The position numbers and the translations under genes are program-made. The notes below the pieces were generated by a model, which did no database searches, was not told the origin of the DNA, and saw nothing but the letters and a program-made list of their open reading frames with translations. A DNA stretch of 62,970 nt, the filler included, from Nemertoderma westbladi (taxonomy: Eukaryota; Animalia; Xenacoelomorpha): NCBI GenBank assembly GCA_032718475.1. It is 3 parts of 3 records of this genome, joined end to end, with 100 filler letters (N's around TTAATTAATTAA, not from the genome) between each part and the next. Parts side by side here need not be neighbours in the genome. Positions count along the whole stretch, not along the records: positions 50,109 to 62,970 come from JAUCBJ010008384.1; 2 more parts are not named here. One strand, given 5' to 3'. Positions 50,109 through 62,413 of this stretch are shown in pieces; within the stretch, counting starts at the first letter, position 1; every line of letters begins with the position of its first letter.

Positions 50109-51504
50109 ATCATCATCGTGTCTGCACGGTACTTCACATAGCGCCCCATTTGGTGATCTCCAGCGAATGTTTGGATTTGACCTGACCAAATTGGTTTACT
50201 ACGGAAGATCCGCAGTGGGCACACCTGGGCGGGTGTGGGCCACTCGGAATCCGACGAGGCGGTGCACATATTGACATTTGGCGTATATACATTTCTTACA
50301 GTAGGGAGCCACTGGGTTAAGAGTTTATACGTTATACTTAATATGAACTAAAAGAAGAAAGTGTTGGCGATGTATCTGAAAAATAAATAAATAAACGTTG
50401 CTCTTTGTATCTCAAGTTGATTTGGATTAGGACAATGTGATACTTTTAACTCCTGCAATAGTTCAGGTGGTTTGATGAGACTGCTTAGGGGTGGGGTGGG
50501 GTGTGGGGGGGGGGGGGGGGGTAACTAAGAAAATGTGACAAAGAAATGGAAAGAAAGTCAATGTTATAGTAAATGGATTTGTGTTATGTAATACTCTGTA
50601 GCAGCTGCTGGCTCCGAGGTAACTAATTTTGTATAGCCTGGGACTGACTGTCTCTGGGTAGTATATTGAAGACATAAGTCTGTGAAGGGGAGATAATGTT
50701 TACTTTAGCTTTGATTTATGTTGTCAGCCCGGGGCGTCCTTCCGGTTCAATGAGTTATTGGGCAGATTTATTACATTGCAAGACTGTTTGATGCTTATGG
50801 TATATGGATCGAGGTGAAGTTATTATTATAAACATTGTCAAATTAAACAGAGTTATCAGGATGGAAAACTCATTTTGTATAATGTAGTATCCTCAGACCA
50901 CACCTGTGACAAAAATTGATGGATTGGGATAAATAGGGCTGTAGGGTGGGAGTTGGTGTGTATGCCGCCTATGGAATAGGAATAATATAACTGTTTTAAT
51001 TATAACATTGACCTGCGGAATCAATGAGAATTGTATGGAAGTAGAAATCTAATATTTATATCAAACACATGCTTGGTACTGTATCAGGGGATTGCCGCCT
51101 GTCAATATGTACACGTTCTCTGAACCCAGAGTTATACTGCCGTATTTGGGCGAATACGACAGGCTACTGTACTATACAGTACGTTTGTTGTGGTTAGTGA
51201 CGGGTTGTTAGTATATCATGCAAAATGAATGTAGGACTTTGTAATTATTTTGCCAATATTGGGACCATGCATTTTCTAACTTACAGGTTTCGTTGCATTG
51301 CTTGGATAAAACTTATCCTGTATTCTATAATGCGTGGTATTTTACTCTCCGACATCGGTAGAGGTGAAGAGGTGTGTTGTTGGTCTGCCTCTGCGTCATT
51401 GGGGCGGGGGGGGGGGGGGGTGTTGGGGCAAGTGTCAGATTCATCTATTCGTGTTGATGGTTGGTGAGGATTCTACTTCTGGCTAGGTCTGGCCTAGAGT
51501 AGAA

Positions 51505-51699
51505 GCAGTTCCGCGGCAATAATAATATTGCTCCTCAAAAGAGGGCCCTTACTGCATCAGGGACGCGTTTTTCGACAGAGCCCCGTCAGCTGAAACAGCC
51601 AGTGCCGCTAGTCGGTGGGGTTGACTTGTTGACGAGAGGCTATTATGAGGCGCAATGGGATACGCATTGCGTATCTTCTTCTGTCAACCAATACTGGCC
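51505..51699 (-). ncRNA. Candidate conserved structured RNA element, copy B, ~270 nt downstream of the SAP-SGNH ORF stop
   Basis: Same strand as the ORF; homologous to 47776-47950 with an added GATACGCA-A-TGCGTATC hairpin. Confidence 0.55.
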
Positions 51700-51970
51700 A
51701 TTTGTATACATTGATATTAATAAAAGCATAAAAATTGCTGTTAACTATGATAATATTAGAGATTCTGTAAATATGAAAAATAATTGATTATACATGTAGT
51801 TGCTCAAATTAAAATCAATATCACAAATGCTGAGTGAGTCATTAACTAATATAGTATCTTTAGTCAGTGTGAATAATAATATTACCATAAAAATATTTAA
51901 AATAGTGAATGCTGTATATTAGTCATTGTGGTTTAATTGGGGTGTTTGTATGCATAAATAATATATTGAT

Positions 51971-54415
51971 TCAGGTATCTATTGCCTGTAAAAAATGTAT
52001 TAAAGCCCCTATTACGCGTTTATTGCACCCGGTAGGTTTACTAAGAGTGGTATCCACTAGAACTGTTGACTGTACCTTGGACTGTCGGATGGCACTCGGC
52101 TGAGGTTTTGGGTACGATCCTGGCTGAGGTTCCGGTTGGGAACCACAATGAGGTTCCGGGAAGGAATGAGGCTCGGGATCATGGAAGGAACCACGCTGAG
52201 GTTCAGGGTAAGAACCACGCTGAGGTTCCGGGTAGGGACCACACTGGGGTTCCGGGTAGGAACCACGCTGAGGTTCCGGGTAGGGACCACGCTGGGGTTC
52301 CGGGTAGGAACCACGCTGAGGTTCCGGGTAGGGACCACGCTGGGGTTCCAGGTAGGAACCACGCTGAGGTTCCGGGTAGGAATGAGGCTCGAGTTCATGG
52401 GAGGAACCACGCTGATGTTTAGGGTAGGAACCATGCTGAGGTTCCAGGTAGGAACCATACTGAGGTTCACGGTAGGAACCACGTTGAGGTTCACGATAGG
52501 AACCACGCTTAGGTTCATGGTAGGAACCCCACTGAGGATCCGGGAAGGAACCACGCCGAGGTTCCGGGTTGGAACCACGCTGAGGTTCCGGGTTGGAACC
52601 ACGCTGAGGTTCCGGGTAGGAATCACGCCGAGGTGCATGGTAGGAACCACCCTGTGGATCAAGGAAGGAACCACGCTGAAGTTCCGAGTAACCTGTCCCG
52701 GTCCGCGGCTGATATGCTGAAGACGGAGGCTGTCTGAATCGTGAGTTACCATTGTTTGGGTTGTATGGTGTCTGTATGAGACCCGCCTGATGTGTTGGCA
52801 TCGCGTTGGGTAGCCGCCACGGCGCTGGCCGCGAGTAGATCACCGGTCGAGTCGGAATGTCGCCTGTGGTGGAATTATCAGGAGCACGATCACGCTCAGA
52901 TTGCGGTCTTACCTTGTCGATAATAGATCGCACTAGTAGGCGAATATTGCTTTCTTTAATGTGTTTATTGTCATATAAATGAGTAAGTAAAATGTTCGAA
53001 TGATCAACATATGTGCAGTTATTCTTACTCGTTATTCCACTGATCAACTCATTTAGTTTATCCACCTCCTTGTCTTTTCTACATAGTACCGATGATACAA
53101 CTACATGACACCTCGGCCATGTTTCCTTTGCAAACTTTACTCCATTTTCTATATATTTACACACCTGATGGGCCGACTCCTTGTCGAAGTCATTAGTTCC
53201 GGTTAATATAAACACAGAGTCGATGTTTTTGTGTTTGTCCGACGCGGACTTTAATACGGATTCTATTTGAGCCGCTTTGGAGCACGGTACCATCTTGGCG
53301 TCTCGACGTATTTTTCGGGGGTATATATATTTTCTGTTGCTGTCCATCACCAGTAGGCAGCGTATATCCTCGTATTTGGATGGATTTTGTGCGGTGAATG
53401 GAGGGGAGCTAGGTTGATCTGTAACTTCGGTGCTATCATGGTGCTCCGGTTCCCTTACCTCGGGTCCGGTATTCACCTCAGCCTGTTGCGAGTCTATAGG
53501 CAACTCTACTACCGATTGATTTCCATCGACCTTTGTCTCCTCTGATTGAGTCTTATTCGACAGCAGGTCTACTTCACTAACCGTATCGTAGTTGGGTAGA
53601 TCTGTTTGCGTCCCATTTGCATTTCCAGGAGTTAAGGTTAACTTACTTTGCTCCTGACTTTCTTGTTTGTTGTCCATATTATTATCGTTTGAAGTATTGT
53701 TGCCTTCTTCCAGTAAATGTACGCGATCCTGTAGTTTCGATATTATCTTCATATTGTTCCTATTGGTTTTAAGCAACTGTCCCCATTGTAGCTCCAGTGT
53801 TTTCATCCTCTGGTCTAGATCTATGTAGTTTGTAGGCTGTGTAGCAACATTGGAATGTGGATCTGGATATGCATGTTGAGTCATCATTTCGTCGCCGCTT
53901 TCGCTGTCTGTATCCGAAACATTATTACGAGAGAATGTGACGGTGTCATTCAGCGGCACTGCGACCTCGAATTTGTTGACATAGGAGTCATCCGGACTTC
54001 CGACGACGACATCCGCTATCAGTGGATCGTCACCGCTGATGTTGACTGATCCTATAGGTATAGGCCTATAGGAAATAGGGGCTGGAGATGGGCTGGGTAC
54101 CGGTAGGCGTGGGTCTAGATTTTGGTACTTTCCTGGGGCAGAGTTCCGTCTACCAGTACCCGTAGGCCTACTTGTACATGATTCCCTAACAAAGCGTACC
54201 TGCGCGTGTTCATGTAGTCGCTGTACAAAATCGTTTCTTGAACCAGTTGTTTCCATACCAAGTCTAGTTAATTCGGCCTTCAGATCCGGTACAAACCATT
54301 CTTCATAATTTACAATTCCGGTATCGGTACCGGTATCGGCGGTTTCAAAAGTATCGGTATCCGATGTGCTGGTTAACTCTAATCGCGATCTTTCGCGATC
54401 CACTGTTGCCGCCAT
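51971..54415 (-). CDS. Intact 814-aa LINE ORF1-like protein: SAP domain, coiled coil, SGNH/GDSL esterase, C-terminal octapeptide repeats
   Basis: SAP-like WFVPDLKAELTRLGMETTGSRNDFVQRL; heptads LDQRMKTLE...LQDRVHLLEE; SGNH blocks LLVMDSN, TGTND, DNKH; (EPQRGSYP)n. Confidence 0.85.
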   Translation of the reverse strand: MAATVDRERSRLELTSTSDTDTFETADTGTDTGIVNYEEWFVPDLKAELTRLGMETTGSRNDFVQRLHEHAQVRFVRESCTSRPTGTGRRNSAPGKYQNLDPRLPVPSPSPAPISYRPIPIGSVNISGDDPLIADVVVGSPDDSYVNKFEVAVPLNDTVTFSRNNVSDTDSESGDEMMTQHAYPDPHSNVATQPTNYIDLDQRMKTLELQWGQLLKTNRNNMKIISKLQDRVHLLEEGNNTSNDNNMDNKQESQEQSKLTLTPGNANGTQTDLPNYDTVSEVDLLSNKTQSEETKVDGNQSVVELPIDSQQAEVNTGPEVREPEHHDSTEVTDQPSSPPFTAQNPSKYEDIRCLLVMDSNRKYIYPRKIRRDAKMVPCSKAAQIESVLKSASDKHKNIDSVFILTGTNDFDKESAHQVCKYIENGVKFAKETWPRCHVVVSSVLCRKDKEVDKLNELISGITSKNNCTYVDHSNILLTHLYDNKHIKESNIRLLVRSIIDKVRPQSERDRAPDNSTTGDIPTRPVIYSRPAPWRLPNAMPTHQAGLIQTPYNPNNGNSRFRQPPSSAYQPRTGTGYSELQRGSFLDPQGGSYHAPRRDSYPEPQRGSNPEPQRGSNPEPRRGSFPDPQWGSYHEPKRGSYREPQRGSYREPQYGSYLEPQHGSYPKHQRGSSHELEPHSYPEPQRGSYLEPQRGPYPEPQRGSYPEPQRGPYPEPQRGSYPEPQCGPYPEPQRGSYPEPQRGSFHDPEPHSFPEPHCGSQPEPQPGSYPKPQPSAIRQSKVQSTVLVDTTLSKPTGCNKRVIGALIHFLQAIDT
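52095..52690 (-). repeat. Coding 24-bp tandem repeat, ~24 units, encoding EPQRGS(Y/F/N)P
   Basis: GGTAGGAACCACGCTGAGGTTCCG variants on plus; frame preserved throughout. Confidence 0.95.
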
Positions 54416-54586
54416 TTTAGACGATCGTTGATAATAGCATCAGTCAGATGGAAGAGTCAGTCTTGCAGTATCGGTATCCGATGTGCTGGTTAACTCTAAT
54501 CGCGATCTTTCGCGATCCACTGTTGCCGCCATTTTAGATGATCGTTGATAATAGCATCAGTCAGATGGAAGAGTCAGTCTTGCAGT
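54350..54586. repeat. 117-bp tandem duplication spanning the ORF1 start and leader; candidate divergent promoter region
   Basis: 54350-54466 and 54467-54583 differ at one base; each has GCCGCCATTTT (YY1-like) and TCAGT (Inr-like) motifs. Confidence 0.9.
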
Positions 54587-54821
54587 CAGTCAGTGCTTCA
54601 AATTTTAGTTTTTTAGTTTCAGTAATTGCAGAATTACTGGACAACAATGAACTGCAACAATACCGCAGGTCTGCATTTGTCTAATATTCTATTATTCCAT
54701 TATTATTCCAGTTATATCCCAGTTATTCCATTATACTATTCCAGTATCTAAATCAAAAGTACATAATGACCAGGATGAAAAAGGCAATGCAAATGCTAAC
54801 CGAAACTCAAACCTTAAACTG

Positions 54822-57723
54822 ATGACATTTAATTGTGATGGCTTCAGTAGAAACAAAACTTACATATATAATGTTATGGAAGAATGCAAACCAGACATAA
54901 TTAGCATTCAAGAGCACTGGCTTGGTCCACAACAAGCTGATTTTTATTTCATGCGTTCTAAGGTTCATTCTGAGTACTCATGCATCACATTTACAGTTTC
55001 TAATGAAATGCTGATACCGAAACCGCGTGTGAGAGGTGAGGGAGGAACAGCACTATTTGTAAGAAACTGCCTTATACCCTACTGCAAGCCATTAAACACT
55101 GGGTCAGATAGAATTTGTGGTATTCTGCTTCAATCACTATTTGAACAAGGTATTGCGATTATAAACGTGTACATGCCTGCAAATTGTAACCAGGCTGATG
55201 ATGAAACAAAATATTCAAAAGTAATTGAACAATTACTCAATCCTGGATGACTGCACTAACAACAACTTAGCTCCTGTAATTACGGGGGACATAAATGGTT
55301 CCATAGGTGTTGGGAAGCTACATCCCCGGGGAGCTAAGAAATACTCAAAATTTGGTAAACTATTCAATGAGAAGATTATTGAACCAAATAATTTCATTGT
55401 GGCTGATTTAACATCAAAGGGTTCAGGATTGAACTTCACATACAGCTTGCATCGAAACTTCGATGATTCACTAATAACAAGCTCAATTGATCATATTATT
55501 ATTCCAGATACTTGGTTCCCTTATCTAACATGTGCATCTGTTGTTAAACCAGTTGCAATGAACCTTTCTAGGCACACACCGGTGACTGCATCACTACAAT
55601 TGGAACAATCTAAACTTATAACAAACGGGTGCAAGAAAGTTAAATTAAAGAATACTCGCTGGAATTTCCATTCAGCATCAACAAGTCAAATTATTAATTA
55701 CAAGGAGGAAATAAAATCCGGAATATTACAACTCAATGTTACAACAAACTTCCTTAATTTGGATCAACGAACTGAAGGTCTAGTGCAGATAATTGGAAGA
55801 GCTGCAAGGAATTACATTCCAATGTCTTTTGTTAAATACAGACCCCATAAGAACCCTGGATCGTTTCAGACTCATATCCGGAGCCTGGTTAATTCAAACA
55901 AAAACTCGAAGTCCTTTTGGAGGAAAATAAAACCTAAACGTGAACACATGTTTACTGATAATCAGTTATCACAAATACACAAGGATGTCTCAAAACAGTT
56001 TTCAAAGGAATCTGTAACCACATTAGAAGACCTGAAGTCTGAAGGACCATCTAAGATGCATCAAACTGAAACAGACATCAAATGCCACTCAAAAATGGAA
56101 AGTGAAGATGGTGCTATTGATCCCGCAGATATAGAGTATTTGATAAATAGTCTGAATCGTGGGAAAACAAACGATATTTACAATATAAATGCTGAGTGTA
56201 TTGTTTATGCCAATTCACCAATTCTTTGTAGTTTTATTGCAGCATTATTTAGCGATATTTTGAAGGCTGGAATCTGCCCAAAGGTATTCTCTCTCAGCAC
56301 CATCACGCCAATTCCAAAAATAAAATCAAAGCGTACAACAATTACGGTTTCACCTGAGATATCATTTCGCTATATTATCATCACACTGACGATAGCTAAA
56401 CTCTGGGAGCTATCACTGCTAAAGGACTTATCTTTGTTGCCAACTAATAATCTCCAACTTGGCTACAAGCCTGGTTCTGGATATGACATAGCACATCTAG
56501 TCGCTAATAGTGTTCTCAATAAGTTCACGAGGAAAAATTCACCTGTATACTTGATGAGTGTGGATCTCATGTCTGCTTTTGATAATGTCTGCCATGCCAA
56601 GTTATTTGAGAAGCTCAGAAAGACTGAGTTAAATCCCAATATTATCGATGCTTTAGATTCTTTCTACTCCCAATCCAAAGCATTTATAACAGCTGACGGT
56701 CATAGAATTAAAACTCCAATCCATATTCAGAAAGGTGTACGTCAAGGGGGAATCCTATCTCCTCTTTTATTCAATTTCTACTTGAAAGACCTTATTGATG
56801 AGATGGAACAAAGCGGCTTGGGTGTTCATATAGGGCAACAGTCATTTGCAGTAGTAAATTATGCTGATGACATAATATTAATTTCGAACATGAAAATAGA
56901 CCTCATAAATCTGCTGAACATATCATCGAACTATTTTCAAGAACACGACTTGCAGCTAAATGTAACAAAGTGTCATTTTATTTCGCTAGATACCAAGGGG
57001 AAGGCCATATTAGACGACAATATAGTTTTCAATGGGGAGACAATTACATCAACGCTAGTATGCAAGTATATGGGATTGCCTATTCCTTGCGATCAAGCAT
57101 CAATGTTTTCTTTTCTAAATGGGAAGATTTGGGGTAATGCAGCTCAAATGACCCGGAATGGGTTTTCAATTACCGATGTCCCCTTAAAAATAACCAAACT
57201 GATATGGAATGTGATTTGTATCCCAAGTATTATCTATGGAGCAGCAAGTCTATCTTCTAATAACATTGATGTTATTGCGAAACAGATAAGAAAGGCTATG
57301 CGCTCGATTCTACATTTAGACAACAAGATATCAAACTATATGTTATATAAGTTGTTTGACTTGAATATAGAGGTGCTACTAAGGCTACAACAATTCAATT
57401 TCACCCATCGGATATTCAATACCGGAAATTCTAAGATAACATGGCTCTTCACGAATATCCTCTGTGATCATTGTATTGGGTCTACCATAGATATGTTCTC
57501 TTCTTATAAAATTTCGTCATGGGAATACGAGTTACCTAACTTATTGTCCCTAGCTGTGTCAAGTTATTCTACCAAACACTGTGGCAACAAAGTTAAGAAA
57601 ACATGTAATGATCTTATGTCTCACAAAGAGGAGTTTTTATCTATTTATTGTATTGATATTTTAAATAAATATAACTTAAACACTTTTGCACGACTATCAG
57701 TACTAAAAGAAATGTTAATGTAA
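54822..57723 (+). CDS. Non-LTR retrotransposon ORF2 (APE + RT), RTEX-like; one frameshift near 55240
   Basis: LMTFNCDG, IQEHW, GGTA, NVYMP, GDIN, IDH; QLGY, DLMSAFD, GVRQGGILSP, YADD, KYMG; (TA)n tail near 57788-57802. Confidence 0.88.
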
Positions 57724-57802
57724 ATTTTAATTTATAATGCCAATTTTGAATGGATATTATTATAGCACCGGGGCCATCACGGATTTTAATATATATATAT
57801 AT

Positions 57803-58236
57803 AATTGCGTAAAAAACAAGTTTCAAACGATCAATTTACAAAATTGACTTATTTCAAAATTTGGTGCTGGCACCAAAATTTGGCAGCCACCGAAAAAAAA
57901 CAAGTTTGAAATTTCTAAATCAATTTATATGAATTCCATCAAATTTCTAACACCAAAAAACCGGTGTAAATCAAAAATAGAGATGTTACAATTCATATTT
58001 AATGAAATGTAATTTTCAAAAAACGTCTCAAAAAAAGTGCCAAAAGTAGGGTTAAAAAATGGTGCTATAACTCGAAAAGTACCCAATATTTTTGAAAACG
58101 GTTTTCACTACTACGACGACAATAGATTTTTAGGAAAAGTCATAAAATTTCAGATTCCCAACTGCGTTTGTTTCAGAATTATAATAAAAAACCACGGGGG
58201 GGTTCATATTGACCCCCCCCCCCGGGTTTAATAGGG
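57803..58236 (-). mobile_element. piggyBac-like element end (same family as 32314-33460)
   Basis: Reverse complement of ~32314-32745; ends ...AATAGGG|TTAA (58237-58240). Confidence 0.8.
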
Positions 58237-59931
58237 TTAAGTACTTTAATCTACATTAAGTACTTTGTATCAAGGTTATTTAACTTATTATAAGCGAGGA
58301 ATGGAGTTGACTTTATATTGCTGCAGTTTAAATCTTTACGCGAATGTGTATTATACTTTACATTATTTATTTATACTTTACTTTACTTACATTATTTATT
58401 TATACTTTACTTTATGTATATGTATAGATTACGTTTTTACACGATCGGTATATATTTAGTTTAATTTTATAATGTAGCAGTTTAATCCTTACCACGAGCA
58501 TATACGTTTTATTATTGGAGATAAAGCATACAAGATTTGCATAGATTTTACTGTACATATTACTGTAGTACATTAGTATTATTTAGCATTCATACTCAAT
58601 TATACAAAAAAAATTGCTTATTTGGCTTGACGTTTGTTTCAATATATCGCTTTATTGCTTTACTTAATTAATCATCTTACATTTCTACTGCCACGTAAAT
58701 AGCAGATCTGCCCACCACCAAGTCCAAAATTCTATAGTATCATGATTTTACTACAATTGTAACTACTTGGCGCATTGATTCAGCTGATTGAATGACAATG
58801 CAGCTGCATGATACCGGCCTCCTAATAATAATGGTATACGGATTGGGTATAAGGTATGCAAAATATAATTGGTTGCAATCTACTCGTAATAATAAAGTTA
58901 TCTCAAAGTTATCTGGCAATCCCCTGTCATTGTTTATAAGCTTCTCAAAGTGGGCCTTCCAACCATTGATGCGTTCAGCTGGAGATTCAGCATTAACATT
59001 TGTGGATGGTTGGTCCCAGTGAGAAGGTTTATTTATTGCCATGCCTGGGCTGATTGCCTGCTATCATCAGCATTGTTAATGGCATGAACCTGCTTATTGA
59101 TAAGCTGCTTCATATTATCAGAGTACTGCCTGTTAAGGGACTTAGATGCAGCCTTAACTGCATCCTTAACTGTCCTTCATTGATACCGTCACCAAATCAT
59201 AATCAACCGCTGGCACCGCATAGTCCATCACAAACACCAAAACCTAGTCCACTGCTACATAGTCCAGTAATTTAATATTTTAAGTATTTTAAGGTAGAGC
59301 AATGCAACTTACGAGATTCGGTATGTACACCATTTTTATCCCAGAATACAGAATCTTTACCCTACTGTTAACTTATATTAAATTATTCTTCACTCTTTCT
59401 ACAGACAAGCGGGTTATCCAAATAAATAATAAATGATTAACTTATTTTTTAATTTCCATCTTATGTCCATGTGTATGTTATAGCGTTTGTGAGATATGGA
59501 CAGGATCTTTGGACAGGATCAGACATCTCTCATAAGAGCACTGTCATCGGCATAGAAAATGAGTTTAAAACTTGGGTGTTATACTACTATCATGTCATTT
59601 ACATAGCTTGGTCTGGTGGTGAGATTCCTGGGCTTCCAATTAGGAGTCCCTGGCTCGATGCCTTGATGGGGGCAGCACTATTTGGGCACAGTGCTATAAA
59701 TGCTGCAGCCTAGCCTAACACTGGCTTTTAACCTTGAATGGTCGATAAATGGGAACCAAGGCAAGTTGGGAAAGAGAGGGGAAATGTTTACTGTGGAAGA
59801 TCACCCATGATGGTGAACAGCCATTCCTTGAGATTTTCTTTGAAAAGATTTTCCCATTCATTTACCTAGCATACAAAAAACAGAGGACCTAATATACTAC
59901 CTGGTGGTAGACAACAGGTAATCTTTTGTAT

Positions 59932-61234
59932 GGGTAACAGACGTTTCGGTCTAAGACGTTTTGGCCTAGGACGTTTCGGCCCAATAAATGAAATACAAGA
60001 TTTGCTTGTCGGACGTTTTGGCCCAAAGATTCACTTTACTCCCTTAAATAAGCTATTAATAATAAGTTATTCAATATATTTGTTTTGTAGTTGTTACGTT
60101 CGTTACAAGAGGAGTTGTCAGTAGGAACTGCTCCGACACTTGTTTCAAAGTCGTCAAGATCGAAGTTCTACATTATATTTATAAATAATAACTAATGTAA
60201 TATTATTATTATTATTATTTATTAATATAAATTTACACCATACTGTAACTTAGAACAAAGATAACATATGCTGACAAATTAACTTTAGTTAATACAGTTA
60301 GATAGTTAAAAGTAAGTAATAGTAAAGGTAATAGGTAAAGTAATAAAGGTAAAGTAATAGTTAAAAACATACGTACAGTATTTTAAAATGTGAGTCAATA
60401 AATAAAGTACATTAAAATACACCGAATTAAAATTATTACTGTATTTTAATGTTAGACTTAAAAATATAATAGATAAGAAATATTCCATTAAAGGAGCATT
60501 GCTAATAATTATGAGACAGACTGGATGTCATATGGAATGAGATAAAATATATGCGTATTAAATTTAAATTTAGATGAAAGATGAAATATATGGGTATTAA
60601 ATTTAAATTTAGAGGAAATATATGCGTATTAAAAGGACCAGAGTGGATGTGAAGTGAAATAAAATATGTATTAATAAAAGCATTATACGTCGTTATCTAT
60701 GGGTATAAATCATCTATCATCGAGATGAGAGTTATTGTTTCAACAGATCATTAAGACATAGCTGCAACACACTGTCCAGCTACAAGAATTATCAATTGAG
60801 TAATGTTTAATTAAACTAATGAAGTATCTCCAAAATATATCGATCAGACGAGATTTAAGCCCTAAATGGTTCGTGAAATTGATTCGCTTTAGTAGTTTAT
60901 TAGCAATGTGGTACTCGGTACCAAACGTTTTGTTCTGACTTGCATTTTTTCGGCCGCAAAACATAATGGGGCAGAGCACCACATGCATAATGTTTATTTT
61001 ATTTTGATTAAATAAATTAAATAGCCATTTCATGAAAGATATTTCATTAAGTGTTTGTATGTTATTGTGAAATAATTATAATTTTAATGAATAGTTATTA
61101 TCATATCAAACAAGTTGGCCTTTTCATTCGGTTACAGTCATGGGCCGAAACGTCCGGGCCGAATCGTCCGGGCCGAAATGTCCGGGCCGAAACGTCCTGG
61201 ACCGAAACGTCCTAGGCCGAAACGTCTGTATACC
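59932..61234. mobile_element. Non-autonomous TIR element (MULE-type) with 15-bp subterminal repeats
   Basis: TSD (C)TTTTGTAT at 59923-59931 and 61235-61243; GACGTTTCGGCC repeats on the left, GGCCGAAACGTC repeats on the right. Confidence 0.85.
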
Positions 61235-62084
61235 CTTTTGTATAGTTCACTGCGATTTGGTAATTACTACAGTTTGAAATTTTCTGATAAACCAGTAGTC
61301 TATCGATCACACATCAGCCCTAGCGTTCCTAGCGGCTAGCAGGGGGGGATCCAGAGGGGGGCACGGGGGGCACATGCTCCCCCCCCCCCCCCCGGCAATT
61401 TTTGAACTGTGACTGTAAGCGTTTCGTTCCGTATTTCTATGATCGTTATGGGAGTGCCTAATACCACAATTTTTCCATTTGCCTCAGCAACCAAGCTAAT
61501 AATACGTATCAATCCCAGTAAAGTACCTACATAACTTCCAAAGGAATAAGTGATTGACAGCACAGAGACTTCAATGGGTGGTAGCCAGTAGTAGTGGAGG
61601 GATGAGTCAGTGTCCAACCAATGTGTAGTGTAGATGTCTATAAATTCCTGATAGGCTTACTGCAGTTAATTGGTGCCTCAGATGGATATTGGATAGTTCC
61701 AACTTCCAAGGCTGCTTGCTATTACCATAGTTACCTGTCTGGCACCTTTAGCCCCCTACCCCTGTTACTGTGTTAAGAGTAGTCAGTTTTCATTATGTTA
61801 CTATTAGTATTTAGGTGAGATTCAGAAGTTTTTTAGTCATTATAAACTACCCCGCGACGACGGCAGGGCTTACATTGCATCATTGCTTTATTACGCCTAT
61901 GTAATAAATATTGGTTTTGAAATTAAGTGTGTAACTACTTAATCTGTTAAGTAGGGTTCGTCTATGTACATTTATTATTAATTTTAATTAATTATAATAA
62001 TACTATTATTATTTTATTAATAATAATTTTATTAAGTTTTAATAATGATTTTTATGATAAATAAATGATATAATCAAATAAATG

Positions 62085-62390
62085 ATATTATTTTTATTTT
62101 AAATTTAATTATATTATTTTTATTATAAATTTAATTATATTACTTTTATTTTAAATTTAATTATATTTTTTTTATTATAAATTTAATTATATTATTTTTA
62201 TTATAAATTTAATTATATTATTTTTATTATAAATTTAATTATATTACTTTTATTTTAAATTTAATTATATTTTTTTTATTATAAATTTAATTATATTATT
62301 TTTATTATAAATTTAATTAAATTATTTTTATTATAAATTTAATTATATTTTTTAATATTAATTAATTTTTATTAATTATATTAAATAGGC
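62085..62390. repeat. AT-only ~25-27-bp tandem repeat
   Basis: TTATAAATTTAATTATATTATTTTTA variants. Confidence 0.9.
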
Positions 62391-62413
62391 CTATTTATTA
62401 ATTTTATTAAAAT

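Noticed and set aside
50460-51500. Degenerate sense ORF2 downstream of the SAP-SGNH ORF
   Set aside because: Only a weak RLMS(F)NI-like trace near 50665-50680 that needs a frameshift; no QE, GD.N or DH motifs found
52057-52752. Overlapping alternative-frame and antisense repeat ORFs
   Set aside because: Shadows of the 24-bp coding repeat of the 814-aa ORF
59570-59900. Possible SINE body (GTCGATAAATGGGAACC); similar hints at 13320-13370 and 48480-48630
   Set aside because: Fragmentary motifs only; no boundaries or second copy in the window
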